Shown here piece by piece: positions 1-43,139 of a stretch of DNA of 64,000 bases; the stretch's first letter is position 1, and each line of letters starts with the position of its first letter. The notes under the pieces were generated by a model. That model had not been told where the DNA came from, ran no database searches, and was given only the letters and a program-made list of their open reading frames with translations. The position numbers and the translations under genes are program-made. Source of the stretch: Macrostomum lignano (lineage: Eukaryota). The stretch is taken from positions 21,746 to 85,745 of the forward strand of contig NIVC01003648.1 in the NCBI GenBank assembly GCA_002269645.1. Direction: 5' to 3'.

Positions 1-105
1 GCAGTGCCGCGAATTTTCGTCCACGGATGGAGGCACACAGAATTTCAGATTGCTCTCCCCGCTGATTCACTCATCCCATCCTCTCTCTCCCACCCTGTCT
101 CGCAG

Positions 106-15846
<15,741 letters not shown>

Positions 15847-16741
15847 CTCGGGTTGGGGATTTATCTCCCAAACACCAACACTCATTGCCGTAGACTGAGC
15901 CATCCATCTGACTATAAAAATAATTTCAAACTTGAATTCCAAGAAAATTTAGATATTTTTTGCTTTGGTTCCAGAAGTTCAAAGGACTGTGCTTGAAATC
16001 CATGATGTCGGCTGGAAAATCACCGGATTAAATTTTCCCTGCATACTACTCGAGTAGGCAGCTAAGGAAATTTGTCAATATATTGTTAAAAGCTGTATTC
16101 GAACGGACCACTGCATAAACTTTAACTAAGTGTAAATTTTATTTTCCACACGCTGTCTGTTTTTATTGTGTGTTACTGTCCTTTAACACAGCATTAATCC
16201 CACTGTTCAAAACGTGTAGTTATGTATATTCGGTCCGTGAATAATCCCAAATTCTGTGTTTAATATTAATTCCCAGACTCTCACTGTAAAATCTTAGGGT
16301 ATTGACTAGTTGAATCGCACTGAAGCATTGGCATCTATGAATATGATTATGTAGTCTTGTGTCTCTGAATTCCTCCAGCAGCACTGCCAGAGCTTCATCC
16401 GATTGGCTGTTTTTGACGTCTTGATATTTTTATACCCCGCCATTTGTTATAGAATAACCGTAGCAGACAAGTATTCAAGAAAAGTTCCGCAACAAGCGTT
16501 GTCTGCTTCTGTTTGAAGAAATTATTTAAACCTTATCGCCGCTGTTTAATTAATCCAAAAATTTGTGAAAACCTCTCTTTAACTGAGTACAAAATATACT
16601 TTGCGGAAATAATCCCAATGCGCTCCTTGGCTTGTCGGCCAGTGCATAGCTCTGATACCCCGAGAGCTCTGAAATCCATTCAGTCGTCTCTTATATAAGT
16701 ACATGTACTTTTAGCCCCCGTATGTATCGCTCAGTCTGTAT

Positions 16742-17212
16742 TCAGTCTGCGTTCCCACCCCTCAGTGTGTATTCCCATCCCTCAGTCTGCGTTCCCATCC
16801 CTCAGTGTGTATTCCCACCCCTCAGTCTGTATTCCCATCCCTCAGTGTGTATTCCCATCCCTCAGTGTGTATTCCCATCCTCAATCTGCGTTCCCATCCC
16901 TCAGTGTGTATTCCCATCCCTCAGTTTGTATTCCCATCCCTTAGTGTGTATTCCCATCCCTCAGTGTGTATTCCCATCCTCAATCTGCGTTCCCATCCCT
17001 CAGTGTGTATTCCCATCCCTCAGTTTGTATTCCCATCCCTTAGTGTGTATTCCCATCCCTCAGTGTGTATTCCCACCCCTCAGTGTGTATTCCCATCCCT
17101 CAGTGTGTATTCCCATCCCTCAGTGTGTATTCCCATCCCTCAGTGTGTATTCCCATCCCTCAGTGTGTATTCCCATCCCTCAGTGTGTATTCCCACCCCT
17201 CAGTCTGTATTA
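16742..17212. repeat. 20-bp minisatellite (ATTCCCATCCCTCAGTGTGT)
   Basis: Direct tandem repeat between the convergent stomatin and NCX 3' ends. Confidence 0.93.
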
Positions 17213-18870
17213 CTCGTAATACTTTAATTACAAAGAAATCTATTAAGTCTCTAAGCAGCTTCGAATGCCTCAGTTATTCACTTAAATTCCAATTAGGTTT
17301 AGTATATAATATTTTGTATTATATATTTTGCTTAGTTTTAGCATGTATAATATATTACTAAAAAGTAGTAGTTAACGCAAAGGACAGAAGACCAAAAACA
17401 GCAACCCTAAATGAACCCGCCGAGAAAACTGAAGAGGAGACAGATTGAAAATAAAAATTAAGCGCGCAGACAAAAAAGGCGATAGGCTCTCAGTGGAAGA
17501 GTTGATAAGGACGGGGGCAGGTTAATAACAAGAATTATTAATAAATATGATTCCAATTAATGTTAATAGCCTCGCGAGCAGTAAGCAACTATTGTTAGGT
17601 TAGGGTACAAGCGTAGAACTTGGGAGAGTGAGTGGGTGAGTGAGAACAGTGAGCAATGTAATATCAATAGCAAGGAAACATACTTTAGACTTTAGGCTTG
17701 AAAATGTCTCCCTATCAAAATAAGAGCTAAATATTCGAATAAAATGTCAACACGAGGAAATTAAATAATAAGAAAAGCATGCAATAATTAATAAATTTTT
17801 ACACATGGCTGACTTTGAATGAGATTTCAAACAGATTTGGACTAGGAGATTGCTATGTTGAGTTGCTATCACATTAAGAAAGCGTAGTATTCAAGAGCAG
17901 CACATCTAACAAAGATTTCTAGCCTAGCCATTCAGACTACATTCAAACAAAACTCGTTGTGCACTACTAACGAGTAGAAACTGTGGTTTTTCAATCAGGG
18001 GGGGGGATAAAGCGCAAAAACAAGAGAGCATGCAAGTATAATATATAATGCCTGTGTTGATTATTTAAATAGGCACGCAGGCTGGATTTTTACCTTGGAA
18101 ACGAAAATATTGTTTTAGTGTCGTAAATGATTTATTCCTTGCCTCAAAATAACTTTAAAGTAGGCCCTACCTTCGAGACCTTGCGTCTGCAGCGCAATCT
18201 AATTTGCATTCCCTAATAAGGAATCACTTGCCAAAGTAAAAATGGGATAGAACAGATTAACTAATCCGTAGGGAAAAGGAAGCGAACACAATATGGCATA
18301 CAGGAGGGCGAAAACGAGCGCTAAAATACTACTACTCGCGTTAGTAGTAATAGAGGTTGCGAAGCGAGTTTAAGCCTAGAAAAATAACAATGTTTATGAA
18401 GCGAAGGCGCAGTGTAATGAGAATATACAGCTATAAGCCGAGAGAGGCTTGGTCAGGTGGAACCGTCGCTTTCATTCGATGACATTTGAGATCCATTTTG
18501 TATACTAAATAAAATAGCATTCAGCATACCAGATGAATGATGCAACAATAGTTCAGCAAGGTAAGCACAAGCGAGGAACCCATTGGTAAAAGCCTGTCGG
18601 ATTGAGATCTCGAGACGCGAACAGTCTAACAAAAAGAGAGGTGCTGCTAGAATTACAGGATTGATTAAAGTTTCAAACGCGCTTCTGGCGTCAGGAGGTG
18701 AAACAGACAATTGAACCTAAGAATATGTCGGATGGGAAATGAAAACTTCATTGGGCAAGTATCTGGGAAGCTTGCTTATTAGCTGTTTTGTGAATTTAGC
18801 CGCCTATACTGCAGGACTTGCCATCGGGCTAAAATAGTTTAGCAAAGCTGCAGATGGCGCCGCCAAGCGA

Positions 18871-32444
<13,574 letters not shown>

Positions 32445-35400
32445 GCTTCAGCCCAAAATTGTCTGCTGGACGGTGGAAAACCGGGACAGCCTGATGTCCC
32501 TTTGCGCCTTTCTTTGGCAATTGAGCGATGCACGCGTGATTCGGCTAAACAAAGGCCTGCGCCACAGGTGCTTTTGTCCTTAGTTGCAATTCGAGATAAT
32601 CTGATCGCTCCCGGGCGAAAATTCAGTTCCAACTGAGCCACTTGACTTCTCGTCTTTCGCTACGTGCGCCTATCTCCTGCTCGCTTTCCTTTAGCTGGTT
32701 CTTCTCTGTTTCGCTTGCATGGAGAAGCGAAGGGGAAAGAGTATCCGGGAGAGTACGGGGCTCAGAATGTGTAGAAGTATCGGAATAGGGCGGGTGGGGA
32801 GTCGAAGTGCGCGCACTCTGACGCGCTTTGGGGGCAATTTTAAATTGCTTCTGAGGCGGTTGGGTAGGTTGGCGGCTAAGGGGTGGGGCTTGGAGAGGGG
32901 AGAGAGCGGCGGAGAGAAAGGGCAGAGGGAATGGAGGGTAATGAGGGGCCAGAGACGAGAGAGAAGAGAGAGACATACAGTGGCAAAGCCAACTGATGTT
33001 CAAGCCAATAAGAATGTCCGGCAGCACTCGCGCACCGCACACGCATTCAGACTTTTGTTAGTACTAGCTGCGGGCTTGGAAGGCAGTCAAGCAGTGCGAA
33101 TTCGGCTGGAGTGGGGCAGACGAGAGAGAGGCCGTCTTTGGTCTTTTAGAAATGGTGGTTATTGGTAAACTCTTAACTTAAGAGTGGATACCAGTACTAC
33201 GATAGGAAAAGGGTAACCAAAAGAACGAAAGAGATATATCAGAAGGGGGAAGTCCGGGGAGTGCAAACCGCTAGAAACAGTAGTAGAAGGACGCCTAGAA
33301 AAAGGGGAGAGTGTCTGACGGAGGAAATTTCTGCTGATAACGCACACTCGCACACGCACAGGCGAATCAGTTTGCCATTTTCTGCAAATGCAAACTTGCC
33401 TTCCCCGTTAGCCCCGCCTCCCCAACCCTAGGAGAGGCAAACTGATCGTTGCATCCCGTTGTTCACTGCCGCAAAGAAATGTCTATCTAGAGAGTGCAGA
33501 GTGAATTCACGGTGAAGGGAAGCAGAAAAACCGTATGACTCGACTGACTCGGCTCCCCATACGCTACGAGTATATACATGTACAGCCGTCGAGTCATTCT
33601 GCGCTGCTGTCTCTCAGGAAAGAAAGCGGAGAGGGGATTAGGGGCGCACAGGTGGGTACTGCTGCATCTGGTTGGCGCACTTTCCATCCGTTAGATTTAA
33701 TGCTCCTGTAAGGTTTTGCCCTGTAGCTCCCTCTCACACTATATCTCTTCCCACTAGCCAGCTAGTCTGTGTTCCCTGCACACTCTGTGACGCATTGCCC
33801 CGGTCACAAATGCAAGCAAGCATTTGAATAAAGAGACACAGAGAGACCACACGAGGATAGACAAAAGGCAAAATGGCATAGCGACTGACACTTTAGAAAA
33901 GTTGCGACAGGAATCGTACGGACTGGGGCAGGCCGCGGGATGCGGGGGAGACGGGGAGTTTAGCCGACTGATCTGTGAATGGCTTTTTGCCCCACCCTCC
34001 CCCATCTCACACGGGGGCTCTGCCTCATCTATTCTCTGTTCCCTAGCTTTCATGGTTGCTCTATGGAATATGCCCGAAACGCTGTCCGTATCCCTGCTCT
34101 CTTCGGCGAGCTTATTTACTCAGCATACAAATTTTGCAGAGTTCTAAAGGGTTCCAGTGCGAGGGACCATTCTCATTCAAAACCAGGTTGTGTGCCGATG
34201 CCAATCAATAATGCGATTCTTCTAAGGCTGCAGGAGTTCCAGGTTTCCTATTTTAGGTAGCTGAGGAAATTGCGTGGGCTAGTATGCATGTTGAGTGCGT
34301 TTATACTGGGCTTCTGAAATGATGCGGAAACTTGATGCTCATTCTTTACTATTGGGAAAAGACCCATTCGAATTTACTAAAGTGTGATTTTCTCAGGAAG
34401 CCCTCAGCCTCTCATGCGCTTCAAACAATGTCCTGAAATTTAGGGAAGTCAGATTTTTTAAAACAAAAAATACTCCTTGTTTTTGACCAGTCAAAGCGCG
34501 TGAATTTCTATTCCCCAAACCAATTGGGCCTCAAAGCGCTTCCGATCCTATTATAAATTTGCCTTGCCAGCAAAAAACAAAGTCTTCTTTGCGACAGAAT
34601 TCGTGCCATACTTAATCGATATCGGCACAGTACAGTGCGCTACAGGGCTATTGCTGCTCTCTCCTGCTCACAGGGAACGGAGTTTCTCAAAATGCATTGT
34701 AGAAAAGCAGAAACAACAATGTAGCAATATCCGTGACGTACTGCGCTCGTTTGCCTTCGTATTGGCAGGGGGTTAATTTGAGAGCTCTCTTCCCCTCCCT
34801 CTGGGGAATTGGGGAATACAGAGAGAATACTGCGCGCTCATATGGGGAGAGAAAACTTTTGAGGCCGCATGTGGAGTATTTAGGTCAGGGGTTTATATCC
34901 CGCCAGCTCACCGCGGGCTTGCGCAGTGCACAGTAACCATACCGTATAGAGGATTCAATTAGAAGCAAGCTTTTTTCCACTTGGCCAATGCTTCTGACTG
35001 GCAAGTCAACAGAATCAGTTTTATAAGCTGTCCCCAGTGTATTCGACTCACTCCAACTCAACCCAGTTCCCGTCTAGCAACCAATTTAATCAGATCAATT
35101 AACCCTTTGCTGAATTTATTGAATTTATCCCAGATATTTCACGTTTAAATACTGCGCTAATTACCAAGGCACACAGCTCTCAGGCTATCATACAATGTTA
35201 ATTTTGCATTAGAAACCCCCCACACTGCACAGCAGGTAGTTTTGAATTTCAGTCCAAATTAGTATGTGACGTGGGGCCTGTTAAATATCATGAATTCTGA
35301 ATTTGGATAGGATTTGCACTAGCCACAGCAATATTCATCACTAAGCAATAGACGGTGCTTGCTTTTAATTTTGGCCTAAAAATAACTTTCCAGAGCATCA

Positions 35401-36938
35401 TCAATGCCTGCGAAATGCCTGAGAGTGGCTTTCGTGTTCTGAAAGCTGCTATTTAAGAATGTACAGGATGGTCAGCTTGCTCGCTGGAATTAATTGGCAC
35501 TGGACTGATTGCTTTGTTCCATTAGAAAAAAAGTTCACGAGCCGAAAAACGAACTGAATTTTCAATTTTTTTTCGTCTCGTATCAGTTTAAAATACTCAG
35601 ACATAGCAACCCCGGCAGTCATTTTGCAATGAAAATCGATCTAGACTACGCTCTGCTTGATGCATTCCAGCTTAATTTTTTTTTCAAATGCTTGAAACGC
35701 ATGTGCGTAGTGTTCGCTAAAGGGCCTCTTTAAAGTGCACCGGATCTTTGAAAATATTCTGCTCGCATCGCCGAAGCCAGGGGTTGAGGGGGAGGGCGAC
35801 CGATGATCGAATAGAAAGTTGTGGTTGGGCACGAGGGCCGTTTCTGCGGCACTTAATCATTTCCGCCAGAAATATGCCAGTCTCCCCTTCTGAACCCAGT
35901 TCGCAAGCGAAAGCAGATGGCCGGCCACACAGCCTCACTAAACCACAGTCAATCCCTCTGTTTTATCCAGACTTAGTCTCGTGATCTGGTCCAGTGGCCG
36001 GCACACTGCTGCAGCAGCTCCCGTGAATTATTAACATCAGCGTCAGATTCTGAAACTGAAAGCCACAGGCGCGCTGTGGATGGAGAGAAAAGAGCCGAGT
36101 GAGCAGGAGATGCTGCTGTAGGGTCGCACAGGGTGAAAGTCCTAACTATAGCACTTTTTGCCAGACCCACACTCCTTCTACTTTCTGCTGCAGCCGAATG
36201 AGGAGCCATTGAAATAAAAAATAAGCTAAGGCTAAGCTTAGCCTTGTAATTAGTGTCTGTTGCCTTTTTGTCTTCATCAAAGCGTTGCTAATGAATATGG
36301 TTATTAAAAATTGCCACATTGATCCACCTAAATGAAAACAACCCGAAGGTGGGAGCAGAGCAAAATGATAAGATTTTAATAGCAAAATTGAATCTACTGG
36401 AAGCAGTCCACACCTGCATTGGCATAGCTCAGAGTCCCCTTTACCCATAAAATAGCTCACACAATGCAGCGCGCATCGGGATAGGCGTGGCAACAATGCG
36501 AGATTTTTTGTCCACCGTCAGAAGAGGGCAGGAAAAACGGGCACCAGCTACCACTCTGGGGCTAAATGGGGAATTCTCCCTGTGGAACAAAAGCCATACA
36601 TTATTTACGGACTTAGCCGCGGCGCACACATCCCATTCCCGGCGCAAACTTCCACGTGGGTCCTCCACCGCCGCCTCCAACTCCGCTTCCCCACCCGCTG
36701 CGCGTCTACCCTACCTTTGACGAAGATTTCACCGGTGTGGCACCTGGACGACCGGACGTTCGATAGCGGTCGGTTTGTACTTCTATTCTGGCTGTGACCT
36801 GGGCTCAGCGGGGCTGCTCGCCTTTTACCTACCTTAGCTCCCTCTCTCCTGTCCTCCTTTTACTTGCTTTCCAGATACTTTTGCTCTCTGCCTCTCGATG
36901 AACGATCCAGTTTAGTCTGTGCTACACTGCGATCAATA

Positions 36939-37769
36939 AGTCAGTCAGTCAGTCAGTCAGTCAGTCAGTCAGTCAGTCAGTCAGTCAGTCAGTCAGTCAG
37001 TCAGTCAGTCAGTCAATCAGTCAGTCAGTCAGTCAGTCAGTCAGTCAGTCAGTCAGTCAGTCAGTCAGTCAGTCAGTCAGTCAGTCAGTCAGTCAGTCAG
37101 TCAGTCAGTCAGTCAGTCAGTCAGTCAGTCAGTCAGTCAGTCAGTCAGTCAGTCAGTCAGTCAGTCAGTCAGTCAGTCAGTCAGTCAGTCAGTCAGTCAG
37201 TCAGTCAGTCAGTCAGTCAGTCAGTCAGTCAGTCAGTCAGTCAGTCAGTCAGTCAGTCAGTCAGTCAGTCAGTCAGTCAGTCAGTCAGTCAGTCAGTCAG
37301 TCAGTCAGTCAGTCAGTCAGTCAGTCAGTCAGTCAGTCAGTCAGTCAGTCAGTCAGTCAGTCAGTCAGTCAGTCAGTCAGTCAGTCAGTCAGTCAGTCAG
37401 TCAGTCAGTCAGTCAGTCAGTCAGTCAGTCAGTCAGTCAGTCAGTTAGTCAGTCAGTCAGTCAGTCAGTCAGTCAGTCAGTCAGTCAGTCAGTCAGTCAC
37501 AGTCAGTCACAGTCAGTCAGTCAGTCAGTCAGTCAGTCAGTCAGTCAGTCAGTCAGTCAGTCAGTCACAGTCAGTCAGTCAGTCAGTCAGTCAGTCAGTC
37601 AGTCAGTCAGTCAGTCAGTCAGTCAGTCAGTCAGTCAGTCAGTCAGTCAGTCAGTCAGTCAGTCAGTCAGTCAGTCAGTCAGTCAGTCAGTCAGTCAGTC
37701 AGTCAGTCAGTCAGTCAGTCAGTCAGTCAGTCAGTCAGTCAGTCACATTCAGTCAGTCAGTCAGTCAGT
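36939..37769. repeat. (TCAG)n tetranucleotide array, about 830 bp
   Basis: Nearly pure run. Confidence 0.97.
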
Positions 37770-38727
37770 GCGTTCTCCAAAATATGTTTTATCCCTGTCC
37801 TTTCCAGCCCAGTTGATAAATTTCTACAATTCCTAATCAGTTCCATATGCCAGCCGACGTGTCCGCATCTGTCAGTTTCGTGTGCAGGCAGGCGGGCAGG
37901 CTATCGCAGTTTGGCACACTTCAGTAAAACTTAATCCACGCCATGCGCAGTCAGCTGCGATGCTGCTAGGCCAAGCCAGCCTGCGCCTGCCTAAGATTTC
38001 GTTCGTGGACAAACAAAATGGCATGGCGCCGGAGCCGACTTTATCGGATCTTCGATACGTCAGCAGCCGCCTTTTCGAACTTCAAGTGCCGCCCCAGGCC
38101 TCCCGCTGCAGACATCAAGTGCGTGCAGCAAAATTTTACCCTTCTGGCTGTCGTAAAAAAACAATGCGAAAAGGTCTACAACCGCTATTCTTCTATTCTG
38201 GCTGTCCAACTGACATTTTTCGATTTCTTCCCCACATTCGAAAGTAAATTCTGTGTGCAATTCATTGTTTAGTAAACTTCGGCTTAGAAAGTTTTGCATG
38301 GTTTTTAATTTGTTAATAAAAGGTCACATTTTAGGCGACATGTATTGAAAATTTGATATTTTATCCGACTTGTGAACTTCGGACAGAACGCAATATATTG
38401 AAACAATAATTTACTTCATTTTCTTCATAAAGTTATTTTAATAAGCAATTCTGAAACTCACATCAGAAATATCAAGACGAAAATAGAACCGCGAGAAAGC
38501 ACAATAGGATTTTGTTTGCACACTTTGTCATGTCGCCAGCCTGAAGTTTACCTCTTAGTTTAGTTAGCTAGAGCTCAGCACCCCTAGCTGACACCTAGGG
38601 GCTCCTGGGCAAACATGTGCCTGTTTCCACCAGCTCAGCTCTGACACTTCCACAGGACAGAGGCAGCGCTTCAGCCACTGCTTGCTCAGTGCATGCGTGA
38701 GTAGAAGGGGGCGGGAAGAGGGAAGAA

Positions 38728-39264
<537 letters not shown>

Positions 39265-39905
39265 GAGTGAATTGAGTATGAGAATAAGGCTGTAAATAAA
39301 TAAGGGGCAGTATCAAACAGGCGAGAGTGACTATTGATCTGCAAAAGCGCATACGCTCGTAAGAGTACAGGTCTCCTAGAGCCCATCGCCTGACTGGGAT
39401 GCTGAGAGTTGCAGTGTGGAAGCGGTGAAACTGGGCTGATGAAGGATACGCTGTGCTGTTTTCAGAAGATAAGATGCGCCAAAGTCTGATGATGAACTGC
39501 GAAATCGAAGCTGACAAGTTCAGCGAGCTGACGACGAACTTTCTAAAATTAGTATCGAAGTTGATTCGCTTCTTAGGCATAGCAGAAGGGTCGTGGAAAT
39601 GCTAATCTAACTATAAATTTGGTTCAGTATTCGTTACTTTTCTGCCCTGTTTGTCCATGCAGTGAAATGTAAAGAATACGTGCCCTTTATCTGATTATGC
39701 AATTCTTGTTGTCAGGTGAAGCAGCTAATTAAATTTTGTGATAATTGCTTTTGGGTGGCACAAAAGCATTTAGAATTAATGACAAGGATTGTCTCACAAA
39801 GCAATTATAATTTTACGTTTAGATAATTGGACAAAAACTGTAATTAATAAAGTTGTGAATTTTATTTGCGCCAGATAGAAAGTATCGTTTTTGTAGCCAT
39901 ACTAC

Positions 39906-40640
39906 GTTTCCTTAGCCCAGTGGTCTATCGCGCTCTGATGTGCCAGCGGCCCAGGCTCGATTCCAAGTGCAGTCACATTAATTTGGGGCTAAATTGGAAT
40001 CTCGGCTTGGCTCTGCTCGTGCAATTAACGGCCTTGAGGGCCAACCCCCAAGGCCCAAAGAAGTGTAAATGCCTAACGATAAAATAAAGTTAGGGCCGCT
40101 GTACACTCCTGTGTGAGTGTGCCTGTACGTATGACTGTGTACGTATCCGCACGCTTGTGTGCCTGCTCGGGGGAGTCGGCGGAATGGGCAGTAATGCATC
40201 TCGCCAGTTGTGTGACAACAACAGTAACAACAACAACAAAAAGTCACGCAGCCCCGCATTCAAAGTCACAGTTAGAGCAGGGTGCATCAGATGGCGCCGC
40301 AGAGCCTGAGAGCGGACGAAGTCCACCCCGTTGGCAGTGTCGGGCGCCCCGGCGTCGCATAGGAGGCAGTCCACGTATCGACGGGTTCAGGCTTGACCCC
40401 GCCTAAGCGGGGCCTGCAAGGTGAGTAGCAGGACGTCCTGAACAGATTGGGGGCAGTAGCCCGGCCTCGGCCCGGATCACGTGGCCCACCATGCAGTTGA
40501 AGTCGCCGCCGGCGCAGGATGGTGGACGGGTGCTGCAGCTTGGCCCGATCGTACAGGGCCCCGGTCCCGACGTTCTCGTCAGCCCGAAAGGCCGCATGAA
40601 CAGTCGCTTAAAATGCGCCAATGTGCACGCAGCTCCCCGC
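39906..40640 (+). mobile_element. tRNA-derived SINE, copy 2, interrupted by a LINE fragment (SINE parts about 39906-40212 and 40601-40640)
   Basis: A box TAGCCCAGTGG and B box GGCTCGATTCC; the body aligns with the reverse complement of 6251-6548. The 3' remainder CGCTTAAAATGCGCCAATGTGCAC matches the copy-1 sequence CGCTTAAATTGCGCCAGGGTGCAC. Confidence 0.85.
40213..40600 (-). mobile_element. 5'-truncated RTE-like non-LTR retrotransposon 3' end with (TTG)n tail
   Basis: Frameshifted translation ...ALYDRAKLQHPSTILRRRRLQL / GHVIRAE / GYCPQSVQDVLLLTLQAPLRRGQA*TRRYVDCLL... matches the RRRRLxxxGHxxR...RRG C-terminal motif of RTE-clade ORF2. It ends in a short trinucleotide tail. Confidence 0.72.
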
Positions 40641-42260
40641 TTGTAACTCCAACTACGAGTAAAACTTGCTTTTGGCATGCTAAGTTAGATAACAAGCATC
40701 CAAAGTTGAAGTCCTATTAAAACAAAGACAGGCTGGGCCATAGACAACGCGCAAATTTATGACTATGCCTGCTTGCTGGTCTCTCAATCGGCCGTTTCTC
40801 AATCAGAGATGATTGCATGACGTGTTTTCTCTGGCCCAAACCCAGCTTTAGCCTATAGCCACATGGGTTTTCAAATTTTAATGTCCGTTCCTAACTTAAG
40901 CATGCCAAAACCGTAATGCGAACGAGCTTTACTATTCCCCTGAAACGGTTAGAATGTCTATGCAGAATCTCCGAGGCGCATAGATCACATTCTAAAAGTT
41001 TCAGACAAATAATAAAATTGGGATTCATACTGAGTAGGTCCTTAGTCTTCGATGACGATTTTGAAATTTCTACCTGCAGACAGGGCAGTACTTAAAAACC
41101 AATAATACTACAAACATCGCAAAAAGTTTCAAATTTCAACCGAAATTACTGTTCAATTTTTGCTTATAAGAATATTCGACATTATAAATTATTTGCATCA
41201 TGCGGCAGCCCCGGTTGGAACTATAAATCAGTTCGATACGGAATAATATATCCGATTCCAAGGATTTATTGGCCACTTCGTGAAAACTGAAAGCATACGG
41301 CATGAAGCAATAAATTTCGGAGTGTATGGCTTCAAGACGCGCTGTCTGCGGCAGGATCTTCTTCTTTTAGGATTCAGTCCTGCACTTGCTTATCGGCGCT
41401 GATTTTGGTACTTCAAATTAACTTCATCCACAACCACTGCGCACGCCACAGCCTAATGGACACATGCAGTTCGCTTCGTTCTAAGAATTCCTACGAAGCC
41501 AGAGGAAGTGCAGTTATTGCACCGGCAATGCAATCGCAGATGCCATGGTAGCTCTGCGTGCATGCGCTGGCTGTTTACAGGAAACCATGCACGCAGGCCT
41601 GCATATGAAGCCAGCTGTGTGCACGCTAGACTCTGTATTATTCAACAACACCAAACCGGCCATTCGAGGTCTGCAACGTGACCAATTGATGGAATATATT
41701 CGCTTTTAATCCAAATCAAGCTAAGTGGTAAACGACGCAAAAAGCTTTCGTTCCGTTGGCGGTGCGTCAAAGGCCCCTCTTACCCCTCATACATTTCGGC
41801 ATGTCAACCGCTTCGTAATTATTGCTAAATTTAATTCTTATGCAAGATGTAGACTTACTGTTGCTGCTGATATCAGTCAGGGGCCGAGTCGAGTGCCAAG
41901 CAGCTACATTGCATGTGTATGCATCAACAGAGGTACAGTACAGTATGCTGAAAGCACTTCTCAGTAGTAGCGCTGGCGCGGTGCTCACTATGGCTCTTTG
42001 TAAAGCCTCAACAACAACAAAAACAGCAACAACAAAGAGGCATTATGTCATGAATAATAAAAAACTGACATTTTTATTCTTTTCTCTGGTATTGCTATTA
42101 GCCACTGGCTACCATAGATGACCAAATGGACACATTATCTCGACACTTGAAGGCTTCTGGATAGAGTTTTTTGTAATGTAAATCGTCTATGGCGATTAAC
42201 TCTTACCGGCATATAAGCTCGATCTTATACGAGTAGCTAGCTAGGATCGAAGTTAGAAGC

Positions 42261-43139
42261 TAGTCAGTCATAAGTGTTTATAGAACACACTTGTTACTGA
42301 GTCCTAAGTAAGTCCTGATAGTCAGTCATAAGTGTTTATAGAACACACTTGTTACTGAGTCCTAAGTAAGTCCTGATAGTCAGTCATAAGTGTTTACAGA
42401 ACACACTTGTTACTGAGTCCTAAGTAAGTCCTGATAGTCAGTCATAAGTGTTTACAGAACACACTTGTTACTGAGTCCTAAGTAAGTCCTGATAGTCAGT
42501 CATAAGTGTTTACAGAACACACTTGTTACTGAGTCCTAAGTAAGTCCTGATAGTCAGTCATAAGTGTTTACAGAACACACTTGTTACTGAGTCCTAAGTA
42601 AGTCCTGATAGTCAGTCATAAGTGTTTATAGAACACACTTGTTACTGAGTCCTAAGTAAGTCCTGATAGTCAGTCATAAGTGTTTATAGAACACACTTGT
42701 TACTGAGTCCTAAGTAAGTCCTGATAGTCAGTCATAAGTGTTTATAGAACACACTTGTTACTGAGTCCTAAGTAAGTCCTGATAGTCAGTCATAAGTGTT
42801 TATAGAACACACTTGTTACTGAGTCCTAAGTAAGTCCTGATAGTCAGTCATAAGTGTTTATAGAACACACTTGTTACTGAGTCCTAAGTAAGTCCTGATA
42901 GTCAGTCATAAGTGTTTATAGAACACACTTGTTACTGAGTCCTAAGTAAGTCCTGATAGTCAGTCATAAGTGTTTATAGAACACACTTGTTACTGAGTCC
43001 TAAGTAAGTCCTGATAGTCAGTCATAAGTGTTTACAGAACACACTTGTTACTGAGTCCTAAGTAAGTCCTGATAGTCAGTCATAAGTGTTTATAGAACAC
43101 ACTTGTTACTGAGTCCTAAGTAAGTCCTGATAGTCAGTC
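42261..43139. repeat. 58-bp tandem repeat, about 15 near-identical copies
   Basis: Unit TAGTCAGTCATAAGTGTTTA(T/C)AGAACACACTTGTTACTGAGTCCTAAGTAAGTCCTGA; no spacers. Confidence 0.96.

Noticed and set aside
39436-39504. Hammerhead ribozyme (two CTGATGA and a GAAA)
   Set aside because: Stem II between CTGATGA and GAAA does not base-pair, and no stems I or III were found.
40213-40240. Alternative (ACA)n 3' tail of the SINE
   Set aside because: It is the (TTG)n tail of an antisense RTE-like insertion; the SINE 3' end resumes at about 40601.
40403-40678. AP-endonuclease GDFN motif in an ORF
   Set aside because: The motif is an off-frame reading of RRRRLQL; the true frames give the RTE ORF2 C-terminus.
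42261-43139. CRISPR array
   Set aside because: Head-to-tail identical 58-bp units with no unique spacers, no cas genes, and a eukaryotic context.
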